Counted from the whole stretch's first letter, positions 40,811 through 55,234 are shown. The stretch is 63,791 nt of DNA, filler included, from Kipferlia bialata (GCA_003568945.1; 7 parts of 7 records of this genome joined end to end with filler, not necessarily neighbours in it); one strand, 5' to 3'. Numbers and translations: made by a program. The notes: generated from the letters alone by a model not told the origin.

Positions 40811-41710
40811 TTTACCCCTGTCCCTCCCCTCATTATGTACATACATATATACTAACTCTAGGTGCTACATTGAGTCCAAGTGGGCCATGCTCCGCAACCT
40901 CACCTTCGTCCTGCCGTGTCTGCTGCTGTCCATATGCTGCCTGTTCTGTTTTGTGGGGTCGCTGCTCCGTATCAGAAAGGCATTGGCATCTCACTCCAAG
41001 GTGCGACTGTTGTATACGAGGGACTGTATGACTGGATCATCTGTTCCCAACCCGAGTATCTATATATCGTGTCTACCATATAAATATCACCCTGTCTCAC
41101 TGACCCTAGGTCCGTGCCTCCCGGCGTCTCCTCGTCATCACAGGCACTACCATCTGCCTCATCATAGTGCCCTGGCTCTACAGACTGGTCCAGTCCACAA
41201 GCACACACGGTGGGTCCATTGTATACATATATAGATCTATCTATATATATACCGGACTGTATTGTACACGGTGGGTCCAGTGATTCCAGTATTGTAGCCA
41301 TCCAGTCTTCTATATAAATATTTCCAAGGCCCAGCCTCTGGATACGGTGTCTTACCCGTTACCCCGAACTCATCCCTCTCACCCCAGCCAGTGCACCCTG
41401 GTGGATCATTGTGTATCACTCCCTGGGCAATGGGTGGAACGGGGCAGTCAACGTGGTGCGTTTAACGCTTAATCCTTTCATCACACAATTACCGGAAGTG
41501 TTCATGCCCCCCCCCCCCCCCTCATGCCAGGTCCTTGCCTGGTGGAGACTAGGGGTGGTGAGGGACCTGAAGCAGAGGAGAAGGGACGGCAAGGCAGAGA
41601 GGGCCCTGCAGAGGACTCTGGATGCCAGGCATGGTGGAGGGTCTGTGCCGCACTCTCCGTCTGGCAGTGTGGGGGACGGCAGTGCCAAGGGGGAGGAGGT
41701 GTGGCTCTAG
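40360..41710 (+). CDS. cAMP-receptor-like (Dicty_CAR/GCR1-type) 7TM GPCR, 5'-partial
   Basis: TM3 PCYIQFWTGQACHMGSLAFATFLSIEVYRSV; TM4 KYEWLYLLLGFG; ECL2 FG/CYIE; TM5 RNLTFVLPCLLLSICC; TM6 RRLLVITGTTICLIIVPWLYRLV; TM7 APWWIIVYHSLGNGWNGAVNV. Confidence 0.65.
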
Positions 41711-42315
41711 GGAGGGTGGGGTTGGACATACCCTGAGCCTATGAATACGAGGTTGTTTGTGACCTCACAATTATCATAACATATACGCCAGTTAACGTTC
41801 CATGTCGAATATATAGTTTATCATTATTGGAACCAACGCGCGTGGTGGCATACTCGGGTGCAATGAACATGTATAGTTAACTATGTACTGGCAAGGTACA
41901 GTATGAGAATGAGAAGAAGGAAAGCTAGTGAAGAGTCTTCACTAGCTAGCATGTCGACAATACACTGATGACACTACTTGCTTTCCTCTGAGAGTAGTTT
42001 GGCCACATCGGTTTGTGAACCAATCTTTGGTTCAAGTAAATTATGTACTACATATGTATATGTGACGCCATATTATGGGCCCCATAAGATCACATATACT
42101 TTGGAATCTCCGCAGTCCCATATAACGCAGCCCTGGTTGTATGCAGAGATTCAGCCTTTCTCTCAGCAGATCATAATAGATCCAGATATTTCCATGTTTG
42201 CCACTATTACTCTTGACTCTACACTTAGAGTAGATCAAGGTGTCACTGTAATGAAGTCTACAATGCAAAAGATACGCTACCAGCCTCCAGCCTGGTCTCA
42301 CTCAGAGACGTCGAG

Positions 42316-43344
42316 ATGACATTCCCCTCTTACAACACTGTTAGTGACGCAACCATGGTACTAAAGGCCTGGTATGACCACTACACACTGGCACTGCCTG
42401 ACTCCACCTGCCTCCGGATAAGGATACAACTGGTCCCTCTGGAGTACAACACCGCTCTGTTGACATATCATGAGGGCGGCATCGGCCAACAATGGAGACT
42501 GCTGGCACTGAATGGCGATCACACCGTCACAGAAACTCAGATGTGTGTTCCAGACTCCCTCGCTGCCATGTCCTATCCAACAATAGCCAGGGTAGGCAAC
42601 CATGTAGTTGTCTACTGTGTGTACAGAGATGGCAACCTCTACGGCTCCTGCGTGTACATATACAACCTTGAGGATCAGTCGTGGGAGCAAATGACAGCAG
42701 TTGGAGAGGGTCCTCCTGCAAGGGAATATGGTGTCATGTTTCCACTATCAGACAACTTTGGGAACACCAGTGCCATTCTGACAGGAGGTGTCGATAGAAG
42801 TGACGAAGACAGACCACGTTTTACTGACGCCTGGCTACTTGACACCCAGTCCAAGCAGTGGACTCAGCTCAATGATCTGCCACGTTCACTTACGCTCCAT
42901 GATACTTGGGTGTCTTTCAGCAATCACTATGTGATCATTAACACTATTCACCAGAGTTTTAGTGCTACTCTACAGGATGACACCCTTCACACTGCCTATG
43001 AGGACACACTGTATTGCACCAGGGGAGAGAAAGTGCCATATTCGCTTATGCGCTCGCTTGGAAGCAACTGCAAGCGTGTTCTTCTGGGTCCCTTGGAGGA
43101 CACATTCCTTCAAGCGAGAGACCACCTCAACATGTGTGCTGTCTGCCTCTATGATATAGTGTCCAATGAGATTACTACCGGGAAGCCACTACCTATAAGA
43201 GGATCTCTCTTCACCTGTGGTGCTGTTATGCTCAACCCGACCACAGCTCTTGTGGTGGGTGACAGACAGACGCTGGTGGTGGATGTGCTGCCAGGGATAC
43301 TAGACACAGACCCACATCCTATAACGGTAGGCAGAGAGAACTGA
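42316..43344 (+). CDS. Intronless kelch-type beta-propeller protein, 342 aa
   Basis: Long ORF with IYNLEDQSWEQM, GPPARE, ILTGG..FTDAWLLDTQSKQWTQL, LYDIVSNE. Confidence 0.8.
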   Translation: MTFPSYNTVSDATMVLKAWYDHYTLALPDSTCLRIRIQLVPLEYNTALLTYHEGGIGQQWRLLALNGDHTVTETQMCVPDSLAAMSYPTIARVGNHVVVYCVYRDGNLYGSCVYIYNLEDQSWEQMTAVGEGPPAREYGVMFPLSDNFGNTSAILTGGVDRSDEDRPRFTDAWLLDTQSKQWTQLNDLPRSLTLHDTWVSFSNHYVIINTIHQSFSATLQDDTLHTAYEDTLYCTRGEKVPYSLMRSLGSNCKRVLLGPLEDTFLQARDHLNMCAVCLYDIVSNEITTGKPLPIRGSLFTCGAVMLNPTTALVVGDRQTLVVDVLPGILDTDPHPITVGREN

Positions 43345-44253
43345 GTAACTGGCTTGAACGTGATGTACCTCTACCCCTCGTTATTGTCGGTTACTGAGAG
43401 TAGATGCTGATAGTGGTAGGCCTCTGTGATAGCCTGTTCTTAGAGCAGTGCTCTGAATATGATACTGGCCCAATTAATTGGGACTATACTGTGACAGTTT
43501 TACTGTAAGTGAAGTCAATAGACTAACAACAAGTATCATTGTAGAGGAGAGGCAGTGTGCTTCTTTTTCTGTCTCTAACCTGAATATAGTTGCAAATATC
43601 GGAGTCTCCTGGAATAGTGGACCACAAGACAGCTTTCTGTGACACTACTATGCTAAGTATCCATTGGTTTAGCCATTCCCTTTTCACTCCTTCAGGCTAG
43701 GCTGGAAGCGGACTCCACTTGAGGTCCTCGAGAGCAACATACAGGCTATCGAGGCCCAGAGAGAGATGTCCCAGGTGCAGTGGGTGCCAGGTCCATGTGG
43801 CCCACTTGTTCTGAAAACAATATATAGTTTACGACGTAAACTGTACGTAGGTGTTACAACTACGTAACAACCATGTATTATGTGTGAGGCTATAGGGTAG
43901 ATTAACTGATACTGATACATACACGTATGCACAGTTAATGGTTGAGCATATAATTAGTATAATCACTATTACAGCAACAACACGGTGATTCATCGATCTC
44001 ATTATCACTGATACAAATCTAATACACTAATCCCACTGCAACCCGGTCGGGTTGCTAATGACCCACACTATCCCAATAAAACATCTGACACAGCAAGTTG
44101 CATCACTATCCCATTACTAATCGGTGGTATCATCAACACCCTCTGGATGCTCATTGAGCATTGCTCAACCACGTCATTCTCCCATTCTCAGAGCAACCAG
44201 AAAGAGGTGCGACGTTCCCGACGAGTCTCACTCTCTCGGATACTCTCACTCCC

Positions 44254-46820
44254 TCAGCCCCGTGCCCTGTGACCCATGGGTCTAGGTGCCAGGGGGGCCA
44301 GGGAGGAGGGCTTCTTGGAGGCACAGGTGTCCTGTACCTTGCGCACAATCTCACATAAGGGGACAGGCTGGGGTAAGTAAGAGTATATAGTGAGGGAGAG
44401 ATAGAGTGTCACTGAGTGGGAAACTAGGGGTCCTAGGATGACTGCCAGCGAAGGGCAATACACTGGACAATATTTAAATAGACACTCACGCACGTTGTCC
44501 GAACCGGTCTGCCCCATCTTCTCGTCGTAGAGGAACACAGGCATCTCCATGTCGATGTTGGCCTGAGACCCATACACTGCACGCACTATGTTGGAGAGAT
44601 AGTCGTGGCGCATGAGCTCAGCACTCTTTGGACCCTTGTAGAAGAGCACGCACTGCACGTCTATGCCCCTAATGGCCCTGGTCATCTCAGTCACATGGAC
44701 GTTGGGACGCTTGCCCTGCATGTAGGAGAAGACAACCTGGGGGGTTCCAGGCTTGGGCTTGGCACGGCGCAGAGCTGCCACGGCAGGAGGCAGGGATGCA
44801 GGGTTCTTGGCGATGACTAGTGTGGCACCAGCCCCAGGCACCACACCCTCTGTCCACAGCTTGTCCAGACCGGCTAGACACTCCGGAGAGGCATGGCCTC
44901 CCAGCAGGTGCAGCTTGCCAGTAAGCACACCACTGCCAGCGGCTGATACGGGGGGAGGACGAGCCGCAGTAGGCTTGGTGGCCACCCTCTTGCGGGGTTG
45001 GGCCCTCTCAATAGTAGTAGGCACTGTCACTGGACGGGATGGGGATGGGGCTGGTTGTACTGACTTCCAACAGGTGGTGCACATACGTGTTACGTTCTCC
45101 ACTGAATCTGACTCAGCCCCGACGTACACCAGCACAGGGGGGGCGGGTGCGTTAGGGCGGGTGGCGAGGGAGTGGGTGAAGAGGTCAGAGAGATGGGACC
45201 GGAGGTTGCTCTGGACACCGCAACTCTCTGTGGCGGCCATGTCACACACCACAATGGCCTGGATAGTGGTGTGGTTGGGGAGAACCAGGGGGGAATAGTG
45301 CTGTAGACTAGAGTACAGCTCCACCACGTCTGGCCTGGGGTCCGTCTCAGGTGCCCCCCTGATGAGAATGGTCTTGCCCGTAGGCACTGCCATGGACCTG
45401 AAGACCAGAGGGCCTCCCTTGACGATGGCCTCGGCCTCAGTCACCATGGCGGCACTAGCAGGGGCGCCAAAGACGTGACGGCACTGGGAGCCATCTCCAT
45501 TGGGGATACTCAGTGGCCCTTGTGTGGCCTGTGCCTCACCCTCCCGCTCCACCTTCTCCTTCTCGTTCTGGACCTGGGTGAGTGGTCTGATGCAGTGGTT
45601 TAACGGATACGCTACCGGGTAAATGTACGAACCTCCTCCAGGTCCTGGCCGAATGTGGCGAAGAGGGGAGACCTCTGGCCAGACTGCTGGTGGTACCTGG
45701 AGTGAGGGCAGTGAGAGAGTTAGAGAGTGGAAGGGGAAGAGAAAGGTTGTAAGGACATACACGTACTCGTTATCCAGGCTCTTCATCTGCTGCAGCACTG
45801 AAAGGGGAATGGTGTGCAGCATCCGGGTGTGGTAGGCCTGGAGTCAGTGGGGATAGACTCACTCCCAGCACCAGAGCTATCTCTCTCTTAGACATAACTC
45901 CTAATACCAGGGGATAGTGCTCTCTGTAAGTGTATGGGTGTACAGTGTCATACCTTCCTCTGCTCCTCCTTGACAGCCTGTACCATGTCAAGAAGCTGAG
46001 CACAGTTGGGGCGCTTGTTGGGGTTGCGCTGGTAAAAGAGGAGGAGCATTAGACGAGTCATGCGGCTATGGACATACTGCTAGATTGAAGTACCTCGAGC
46101 ATACTGTTGACAATCGCAGCAACACCAGGGATACCGGTCTCCTCGTCTGTGAGACGCCTGGGCTGAGAGAGGGAGCATCAGAGGGAGGGCATTGCCTTAA
46201 AGGGAGACTAGTCAGCAAATACAAATTAGCATCCCATAGACACTGATCATACTTCAGTATCGACACCACTACCTAGCAGGGACAGGGAGAGAGAGCCTGG
46301 CCACCAGGGCCTTCACACTCTGTGGGTTCCCTAGCACACACTCAGGGGTGATCATCTGGGGTGGGGGTGGGGTCAGGGGATAGCCATGAAGACAGCAGGA
46401 GTGAGTCTGAAGAAGAAAAGGAAGCGTTGAGTTTTGGCGATTAGGTGGTCAGATACTGCTGCAGAATGAGAAAGCGATCTCCCTCACCGTGCTGAGTGTA
46501 ATACCGAGGGCCCATATGTCAATGGACAGCCCATACCCCTGGCCGTTGATGGACTTTTGCTTCTGATGGTGGGAAAGTGAGAGGAAGAGAAACCACGGGG
46601 GGGGGGAGGGGAAGAGAGACAGAGAGAGAAATACTATGCAAATAGAGTGAAAACCAATGGCATGGGCCTCTCCAAGCATTGTGGTTCTGTAAAGAGATGA
46701 TACTTGGTACTGTACATACTGTAAATAGCAACGATATGACAGATCCGCTTACCTCTGGGGCACTATAGATGGGAGACACACAGTCGTAGGTGATGGCAAG
46801 TGTCTGAAGGTCAGCCGTAG
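44254..46820 (-). CDS. Ser/Thr protein kinase (C-lobe) with a long unknown C-terminal region, 5'-partial
   Basis: CVSPIYSAPE; GYGLSIDIWALGIT; QRNPNKRPNCAQLLDMV (subdomains VIII, IX, XI), followed by a large exon within ORF 44254-45822. Confidence 0.7.
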
Positions 46821-46928
46821 GGAAGAGTAGGGGGGGGGGGGGATACGCGTACACTCTTATAAACATATAGGTCTCATACTTATCATGTTGGACACTCTAT
46901 CCTTGCCGGAAGTGAGATATAGAGAGAT

Positions 46929-46981
<53 letters not shown>

Positions 46982-47081
46982 NNNNNNNNNNNNNNNNNNN
47001 NNNNNNNNNNNNNNNNNNNNNNNNNTTAATTAATTAANNNNNNNNNNNNNNNNNNNNNNNNNNNNNNNNNNNNNNNNNNNN
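46982..47081. other. Artificial contig linker
   Basis: 44 N + TTAATTAATTAA + 44 N. Confidence 0.97.
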
Positions 47082-47361
47082 ATACATGGATATATGTATA
47101 CTATTCACTGTGTATATGTAGATATATATGCATATATAGAGATAGTGGCATCAGTCACAAGAGGGAGGGTATGTACTCATATATATGTATGTATATTAAT
47201 ATGTATATATATATGTAGTTGTGGGTTTATCTGTGTGTCTCAATCAATATGATCACCACTTTGTCACCATGTAGCAGTGTTTTCTGTGGGATAGCATGTA
47301 TCATGTCGGATACACACATAAATATATATATGTATATGTGTATATATGCCCTCTCACCCAG

Positions 47362-49206
47362 GACTGGATGTATGGCAACCAGGACAATGGAGAGACAGGA
47401 ATAGTGCACGGCCGCACTGGAAGGGTATGTACTGTACCAGTGGTACCATTGGCATTGTTTCATATTTGTCTTTGTATGTTGCTATATATACACTATTCTA
47501 TATATATAGATCATATCACACCCATATACTCATTATAAAAACTACATGCATCAATAGTATGTAGCAGTGTCTGCGTCACTGTGTATCATCTCACCCATAG
47601 ACCGGGTGTGTCGCTGTCACGTGGACTGGCAACCCCTGGTCTAACCAATACAGGGCAGGCAGAGGCGGCATGTACGTTACCCAGTACATCCTTGTAGCAT
47701 AGATATATGTACATATAGCTTGTTTATATACATGGGGGATAGCGTGTAGATATATAGGCAGAGGCGACAAATACGTACATAACATGTAACCCAGAGTACT
47801 TCTATTTCTGGTCATACGTATATATAGATTGATACAGGGCAGGCAGAGACGGCATCTACGTACACTTCAATACTATTACCCAACAGTTCTCCAACCTCAT
47901 CCGTGAAGTGCTGTATGCCATATACATACTGCAATGCATGACTAATACTCATGCTCACTATCACTAATAGGTAGGTATGACCTTGAGTACAAGGAAGCAG
48001 AGCCAATCACTGAGACAGCGGGTCAGGTAAGAGCTTGGTTTTGTGTACAATACTACCTGCTAGATGTAAACATTGGAAATAGGACCCCACCACATCTCTC
48101 GTGCTACACACACACTCATGAATATCCATAAACTGCATGTCTAGACCTCTTGAACATTGTTTAGACATACACCACTGTACATGAATCATTTGAGCATACT
48201 CCTATGCTGACCCCTCTATCTATAGGTGCCGTGTACTAACATCCAAGAAGATACTCTGTTTGTAACACAGCAATACTTGTATGATTCATCTATATACACT
48301 ACTGTGTAAACAGATGAGATTATATATGAGTAGTGTTGCACTACTAGTGTATGTATATAGAAGGGCTGTGTGTTTGCTAATGTGCAGACCCTCACCCCTG
48401 ACACCGTGTGTGCCTCGTCTGTCCGTGTGGGTGCCAGGGTGATGAGGGGTAGGGACTGGAGGCTCACAACGTAAGTAGCACATGTGTAGAAATGTGTATC
48501 TTTGTATCATTGTCTATAATAGTATATTTACAGTATATATTCTAGTACTCATATATATAAGAAGGACCGGTAGAAGCGTGTTGGTTACATGCTATTACAA
48601 GTGTAATTTACGCACCACTATTACAAGTATGTATTGCATTATACATTTTCCTTCACACCTCACCGCATGGGACAGTCTAAGTGACAGTATAGTGTGATAG
48701 TCACAGTATATACTACCGATATATATTGTACACTATGTTTAGTCTTCACACCCCACATGTGGTTCGGCCCACTTGCGGCATATTCCTATATACATATAGA
48801 TATCGTACCCCTCCTCCCTAACCACAGATGGGACTGCCCAGACGAGGGTTATGTAGGGACCATACTCGATGGACACAGTATGGTATGTGACACACTTCCT
48901 ATAGGACATTTGGATATACTACGTATAGGGAGTGAATATTTAGTGATTATGTTCATGTGATGTGACACCGGATGGTACGTGACCCACCTATTGGAGAGGT
49001 TCTGTTTATAGTCCATTCATATATATATAAGAGCCTCTATATGTGTCGTAGAGTTATATATACACTCTCGATGGGCACAGGCTGTCACCACGTACGTTGT
49101 ACGTTGTACGTTGTACGTTGTACGTTGTACGTTGTACGTTGTAGAGTACATGCTGGCTGGGTCTCTGTCAAGTGTGTATAATACTCTGGCTATAGTATGA
49201 ATATAT

Positions 49207-49237
<31 letters not shown>

Positions 49238-49303
49238 GTAGTACATACTAACGCTAGGCTGGGTGGGTCACTGTCAAGTGTGTATAATACTCTGGCTATA
49301 GTA

Positions 49304-49342
<39 letters not shown>

Positions 49343-51000
49343 GTACATACTAACTCTAGGCTGGGTGGGTCACTGTCAAGTGTGTATAATACTCTGGCTN
49401 NNNNNNNNNNNNNNNNNNNNNNNNNNACTGTCAAGTGTGTATAATACTCTGGCTATAGTATACGTATATGTATATATATATATCTTTATACATATAGTAG
49501 TACATACTAACCCTAGGCTGGGTGGGTCACTGTCAAGTGGGACGACAGGGAGGGTCTATACAGACACAGGGCTGGATACCAGGGGAAGTACGCATGCCTA
49601 TTTACTTACATGTTCATATATGGTTTCTTCTACGTATGACAAGAGCATCTCTCTCTTTCCCTCACTTCCCTGAGTTCCCTCACTCCCAGGTATGGTCTTC
49701 TCTCTTCTGACTAGGAATACTATAGATTTATAGTATACTGTATGTACGTGGATAGAGAGATGCCCCCACCCCAGGCATGACCTTGTCTACTTTGGTGGCA
49801 TTGACCATGGGTCCCTGGGCAGCAACTACTACCCAACACCCCCCCTACAGGAGTGGGCAGACGACAACATCAGTGACTCACACACTGACACTGAGACTGA
49901 TTTTAGTCCCTCAGTGGAGGAGTATAGCGCTGGTGAGAGGTCTGAGGCGTCATCTGCTTACATGCCAGAGGCAGGAGAGGCTGTATCTGTCCTAGATAGA
50001 CTGAGGATAGGAGCTCGGGTCATGATGGATCCGGACCGTCTGCGGGTATGCAGATATATACAAATATTCGTCTCCATATATATTCATATATAGAAGTGAT
50101 GCTGCAGACACTGGGCGTCAAATGTTGAGGTATAGGGCTATGGTATTGAGATGTAATATATATATATCCTACCAAACGTATATATATTGTAAATGATTAA
50201 AGGTATATGTACATATGAGTAGAGGGGCAGGGTGGACAGACACAGTATCAGGTACAAACCTCTGTACTGTTAATATCCATTTTTGGAATCATGTATATAC
50301 ATATTAGTGAATGAAGTATGAGTAATAGGGGCCAGAATGGTCGGCCTTTCTTACTGTGTAGATGTGTTGAACACCTTGACCTTTTACTTACACTATATCC
50401 TCTTGAGAACCAGGTTTATCTCTCTTTCCTCACTATGTCTCATCTCTAGGGAGTACGTGATCACGTTGGCATAGGCATTCTGGTGGGAAGGTGTGGTGGG
50501 TTAGTGCGGGTCAGGTAGGAGCTATATGTGGTTTCAGTCCAACTCTATATTACTTCACATTGAAGTCATATCACTTGTTAAGTGAGATACATGTTGCAAC
50601 ACGGTGAACTGGTTGTGACTACAATGCATATTCCCCATATGACTATTTCTCATTGCATAAATATATATCGTTCTGTAGATGCCCTCTCACAGGGGCGATG
50701 CCCCTGCTGTTATACATAACACACTTTGTATACACTCATGGCACACATAGGAGATATATACAGTGTACATAATATATGCATACACTCCTCCGATACACTT
50801 ATATGTATACATATATATATATATATATGCTTCTATCACTTCACTCTTACTCCTAGGTGGCCAAACGGAGAGGAACCCAAGCTCCATTTTGCCAATCCTG
50901 TGTGTGACTACAGGGACCTGGGTTTCGGTGAATGTGAGCTCGTATACGCCGACTTGGAGAGCGGCTGGCTGGTATGTCAAGTGTACATGTATACATGCAC

Positions 51001-51036
<36 letters not shown>

Positions 51037-52850
51037 GTACACATGGGAAATAGGCGTTTGTAGATATATCTGAGAACCAGTTTCAACCGGCAGTGTAAAG
51101 CTAGAACTCATACCAGGATTAAAGTCCTTCTGATGATGCTGCAGGCACAAATATATCATATGATATATGTTCTGTGTATATATATATGTATGCATGTATA
51201 CAGTAGAACTAGTGTTAGTCACCGCGTGGTTTGACCTCATCACAGGACTCTGGCCCTGGTTCTGACACCGAGGACTCAGAGTCAGAACCAGACCAGCAGA
51301 CTGCAACAAGGTGACAAGTATCACATATTTATATACACAACACATACATCGTGTAGATAGTGTTCAGTATATTGTGAAAAGAATCCTACTGGATATATTA
51401 TTGGCGATTCTAGCTCTGCCTTCTCAGGGCCGGTTCTTCAAATAATGACTATATATAGTACCATACATTCTTAGACCAGAATAGGTACCCCCCCTTGCAT
51501 AATTACTCTTACCCCAGAATGGTCTACTTTGGAAGGCCTGATTCCGGCACTGTTGTCCCGGAAGATGCATATATATATATATATATACCTGTACACATAC
51601 AATGACATCTGACCTCCTAGATGCTAACAGACCACTGATTACAATATATTGTTTATATAGTGTATGTAGACACGCTAGACACGTGTAGAGTATTATCTAC
51701 ACGTACTGCCTGGCCTGGCACTGGTGCTGCACTGTGTTCTATACTGTATACCTATATACTCTTACCCTCTAGGTCTGACCCCGCCTGGCCTGGCACTGGT
51801 GCTGTTGTGCAGGCTGACAGACTCAGAGTAGGAGCCAAGGTGCTGAGGGGACCAGACTGGAAGTGAGTATTGGTGTGGTATAGTATTGTGTATACAGTTG
51901 TACATATGTGTGGGGCAGGCATTGAGTGTGTGTATTCCACATAGTATATATATGGAATGTGTATATATACTGACCTCCCAGGTGGGGCAACCAGGATGGT
52001 GCAGAGGGAGAGGAGACACCCACCCCAGGCACAGTGCTAAGGAGGGATGGCACGGGGATGGTGCGGGTACGGCATTAGGATACGTAATAATGTAATATAC
52101 ATGTATATGTAAGACGGTACTGAGTGCATCATAGAGTGGTGGCACGAGGTTGGGGGAAATGGCATAAATGCCAATATGTATTTTATACATGCCATAGCCG
52201 TACTGACCCCTAGGTGGAATGGGCCGATGGCTCTCTCAATGTGTACAGGGCATCTGATCCCGACTTCGACCTTGTCTATGCAGACAGTGACTCGGTAGAG
52301 GACACTCTGGTGTGTACACTTTACACTGTACATATACCATGTGCACAATGTATATAATTTATATGTACTGTGTACACATGTGATACATATGACGTTGTCT
52401 ATGCAGACGACTCTTTTGGAGAGACCACTCTGGTAAGTATAGACACTACACCTATTCTATACATGTTATATTCACAATGTAGAGTCTTCGATCACATATA
52501 TCTATATTCTAGATATGTGCTGATAATTGACTAATCGCTGCAGACTCTTCCTATGAGAAGATATGCCTGGTAAGAGTAGACACATAATATGTAACGTATA
52601 TATATAGCTATGACCTAATGTGTTTACGATGGGTTGACATGACTGCTTGAGCATAGTACAACCATAGCTTGCTCCCCTCTCACATTGTAACTCTGCTTCT
52701 CTATCTCTCCTAACCCCAAGACCCTATATAGTGGTGTGTGCCTTCATGGGAATCAGTTTAGTAGATATAGTCTCATATGCTCTCTATGCTCCCCATACCC
52801 TGTCATATATCACCCCAGACCCTCCACTCCCTATTTGAGTTCCCATGAGG
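47362..52850 (+). CDS. Tandem MIB/HERC2-domain protein (about 4 repeats), 5'-partial, 3' end uncertain
   Basis: DWMYGNQDNGETG; VGARVMRGRDW; GARVMMDPD; VGAKVLRGPDWK/WGNQDGAEG..GTV..VEWADGSLNVYR..FDL. These match the MIB_HERC2 consensus GxRVxRGxDWxWGxQDG. Confidence 0.8.
49165..49539 (+). repeat. Intronic tandem repeat, about 102-106 nt unit, containing a (TA)n tract
   Basis: 'aggctgggtgggtcactgtcaagtg...ataatactctggctatagta' recurs about 4 times, with a small N gap inside. Confidence 0.85.
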
Positions 52851-54233
52851 TTTGATTGGATATAATGCCTCGGGACGTACACCAAAGAGGTCAAGCAGCC
52901 AGCACTGACAGACTCCCCATCCGTCACTGAGCTATTCACAACCCGTTTGTCAATACATGCTCGTATAGGGGCATCTGTTGATTACCTGAATAGAAGTTGC
53001 ATTAGAATACCTTGTTGGAAACACAGACCCATAACAGTGCATTCCGATGTGTTATTGATGCTCTCAGATAATGTATGCCTTCAAGGGTAAAGAAGCGACG
53101 AGGGAGTAATTGTTGATATCCAGCAATAAGGGCCCTATTAATGCATACTATACGGTATCGCAGAAACACTCGACGGCTGTCCAACAAAAGGTACACCCCT
53201 TCTGTACAGACACTGAGCAATATTGGCACTCATAATTGAGAACGCTACATAGTCGAAACTCCGTATAGCGCTTCTGATATATCCAGGCCTAGAACATTCA
53301 CTCTCTCATCATATCGCATGCTCCACCAAACCTCTTACTACCAGGAATATGCTCTCTCCACAGTGATTGGGATGGTTGCCAGTGTAGTGCCGCAGTTGAA
53401 GTTAAGGACTCAACATACGAACCCGTGCTACTTTATGCTAAACAGTTGCGTACACGTCCAGTTCAGTAGCCACTGTGCGCATGCAACACCCGTCTTCCTC
53501 ATATTCAAGTACTGTAACGTCTCTCTCCCTCTCCCTCTCTCTCTCGCCCCCAGGTCTACCCCCTGACCCTTCTCTCCCTCTCCCTCTCTATCTCACCTTT
53601 AGGTCTACTTCAACCCTTCTCTCTCTCTCTCCCTCTCCCCCATCTATCTCACCCCAGGTCTGCTTCAACCCTGCCTTCTGCTCTGTCATGGTGGGTGAGT
53701 CACTCAGCATACACTATATACACTCATAATATACACATAAATACACTACTCGTCTTTGATTCCAGGGGAATCACTCAGCATCGCAGTGGTGCTGCTCCCA
53801 TACTCTGCCCTGTCCTCCAAGTGGCACGTGAGGCATGGGTCTAGGCAGTGGACCTCGGATGTGTCGGTATAGTAAATACATATATAGAGAGAGTTTATGA
53901 TGCAAGTACTATCCTCTTCTCTCTTTCTGACTGTTATAGTGAGTGTATACACGCAATATGGGGAATGGAGGCATGTGTTGAGAGCTTCTACTCGAGTCAA
54001 TGGTCATCAGATGTGCGTGTGGGAAGAAAACCATTTCTTCTTCGAATCAATACTCCAACTATTAAGGAAGTGATCAGTTAGTAAATGTTGCACGTTACCA
54101 TGCCCTTTATGGCATCGGAACTACATTGATGTTGTCCATTATCTGGTCACTCACAGACGGGAACTCTCTGCATAATCTCTGAGAAGATCTCCATTATCCA
54201 AACGATAAGAGTATATATTGCAATTCTGAACAC

Positions 54234-55234
54234 TCATTCCGCATCGTCTGCAACGATGACCGCCCCTGGGGGAAGCACTGCCCACCTCATGTTGGTGTGT
54301 GGGTACTCTAGGCCAGGGTCGATGTAGTCGAGTGTGTCACGGTAGTACCCAGGCCTAACTGCAAGAGCAGGGGAGAACATTATACCGCACTGAGAGTCGG
54401 GAACATTGTCGGAGAACCTGACTGCGTCGTTGGACACTGTGTCAAAGCAATACCACTGGGTCCTGCCTCCTACAAAAGGGAAACGCACCCGGAAGCACAT
54501 CAGAAGCAGCCTCCCAACTGCTAAGAGTGCCAGACACGCTGCTTCCTTTGGAAAGACTGTATCCGACTCGCAGTCCCACCCCACTGATGTGCGAAAGGAT
54601 ACAACCTGCTGGCTGGCATTCAGTGCATATGCCCTCTCCCCTATGACTGGAAGGTAGGCAGCGCAAAAGGGGTGTAGCTGTGGGGCCTTCCAGTTGAGCA
54701 ACACCCACCCGTCACACTGTCTCTCCGGGTCAAAGCGCCACATACAGGCGTTGCTTCCTGCTGTGCTGGCATCTCTCTCCACCAGGTAGCAGCAGGTGTC
54801 CAGTGTGAATGCTGACAAGGCTGAGGTTGAGACTCTTGGCGGCCCTCTCAGGGAAGGGAACGTAACCTTAGTGAATGATGCCGGGCCACCCAGATTCATT
54901 ATTGACACTGTAAGAACAAGACTGTTCCCGTTCTGTTCACAGCCACAGGCATACAGAATGCCCCAACGTAGAACAGGTGGGGAACAACAAGGCCAGGTGT
55001 GTTTATACGCTGATGCACGATTCTGCCTCCGTCCAGTAGTTGGTCGAGATACATCACCGCCTCCACTGCGTCCATCGCAGCGTGGGTGTTATGTCCAAGA
55101 TCGACGCCCGGAAAGGCAGCACCCAATATTATGTCGACTCTCGTGTGGGCAATACACAGTGGGAGGTGGTGGGCCATGTTTGACTGGATTAAGACTTCTA
55201 ATATAGAAGTATCAAGCAGGGCACACGTGGTCAC
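54234..55234 (-). pseudogene. Kelch-like gene split into two overlapping ORFs (frameshift)
   Basis: ORFs 54899-55234 and 54234-54908; MWRFDPERQCDGW, VIGERAYAL, WYCFDTVSND. Confidence 0.55.

Noticed and set aside
49091..49143. (GTACGTT)n heptamer run
   Set aside because: Short simple intronic tandem repeat; not telomere-like and not repeated elsewhere.
53318..53870. Possible small spliced gene (VCFNPAFCSVMV/GESLSIAVVLLPY...)
   Set aside because: Splice-like signals are present but I could not build a coherent, recognisable product.
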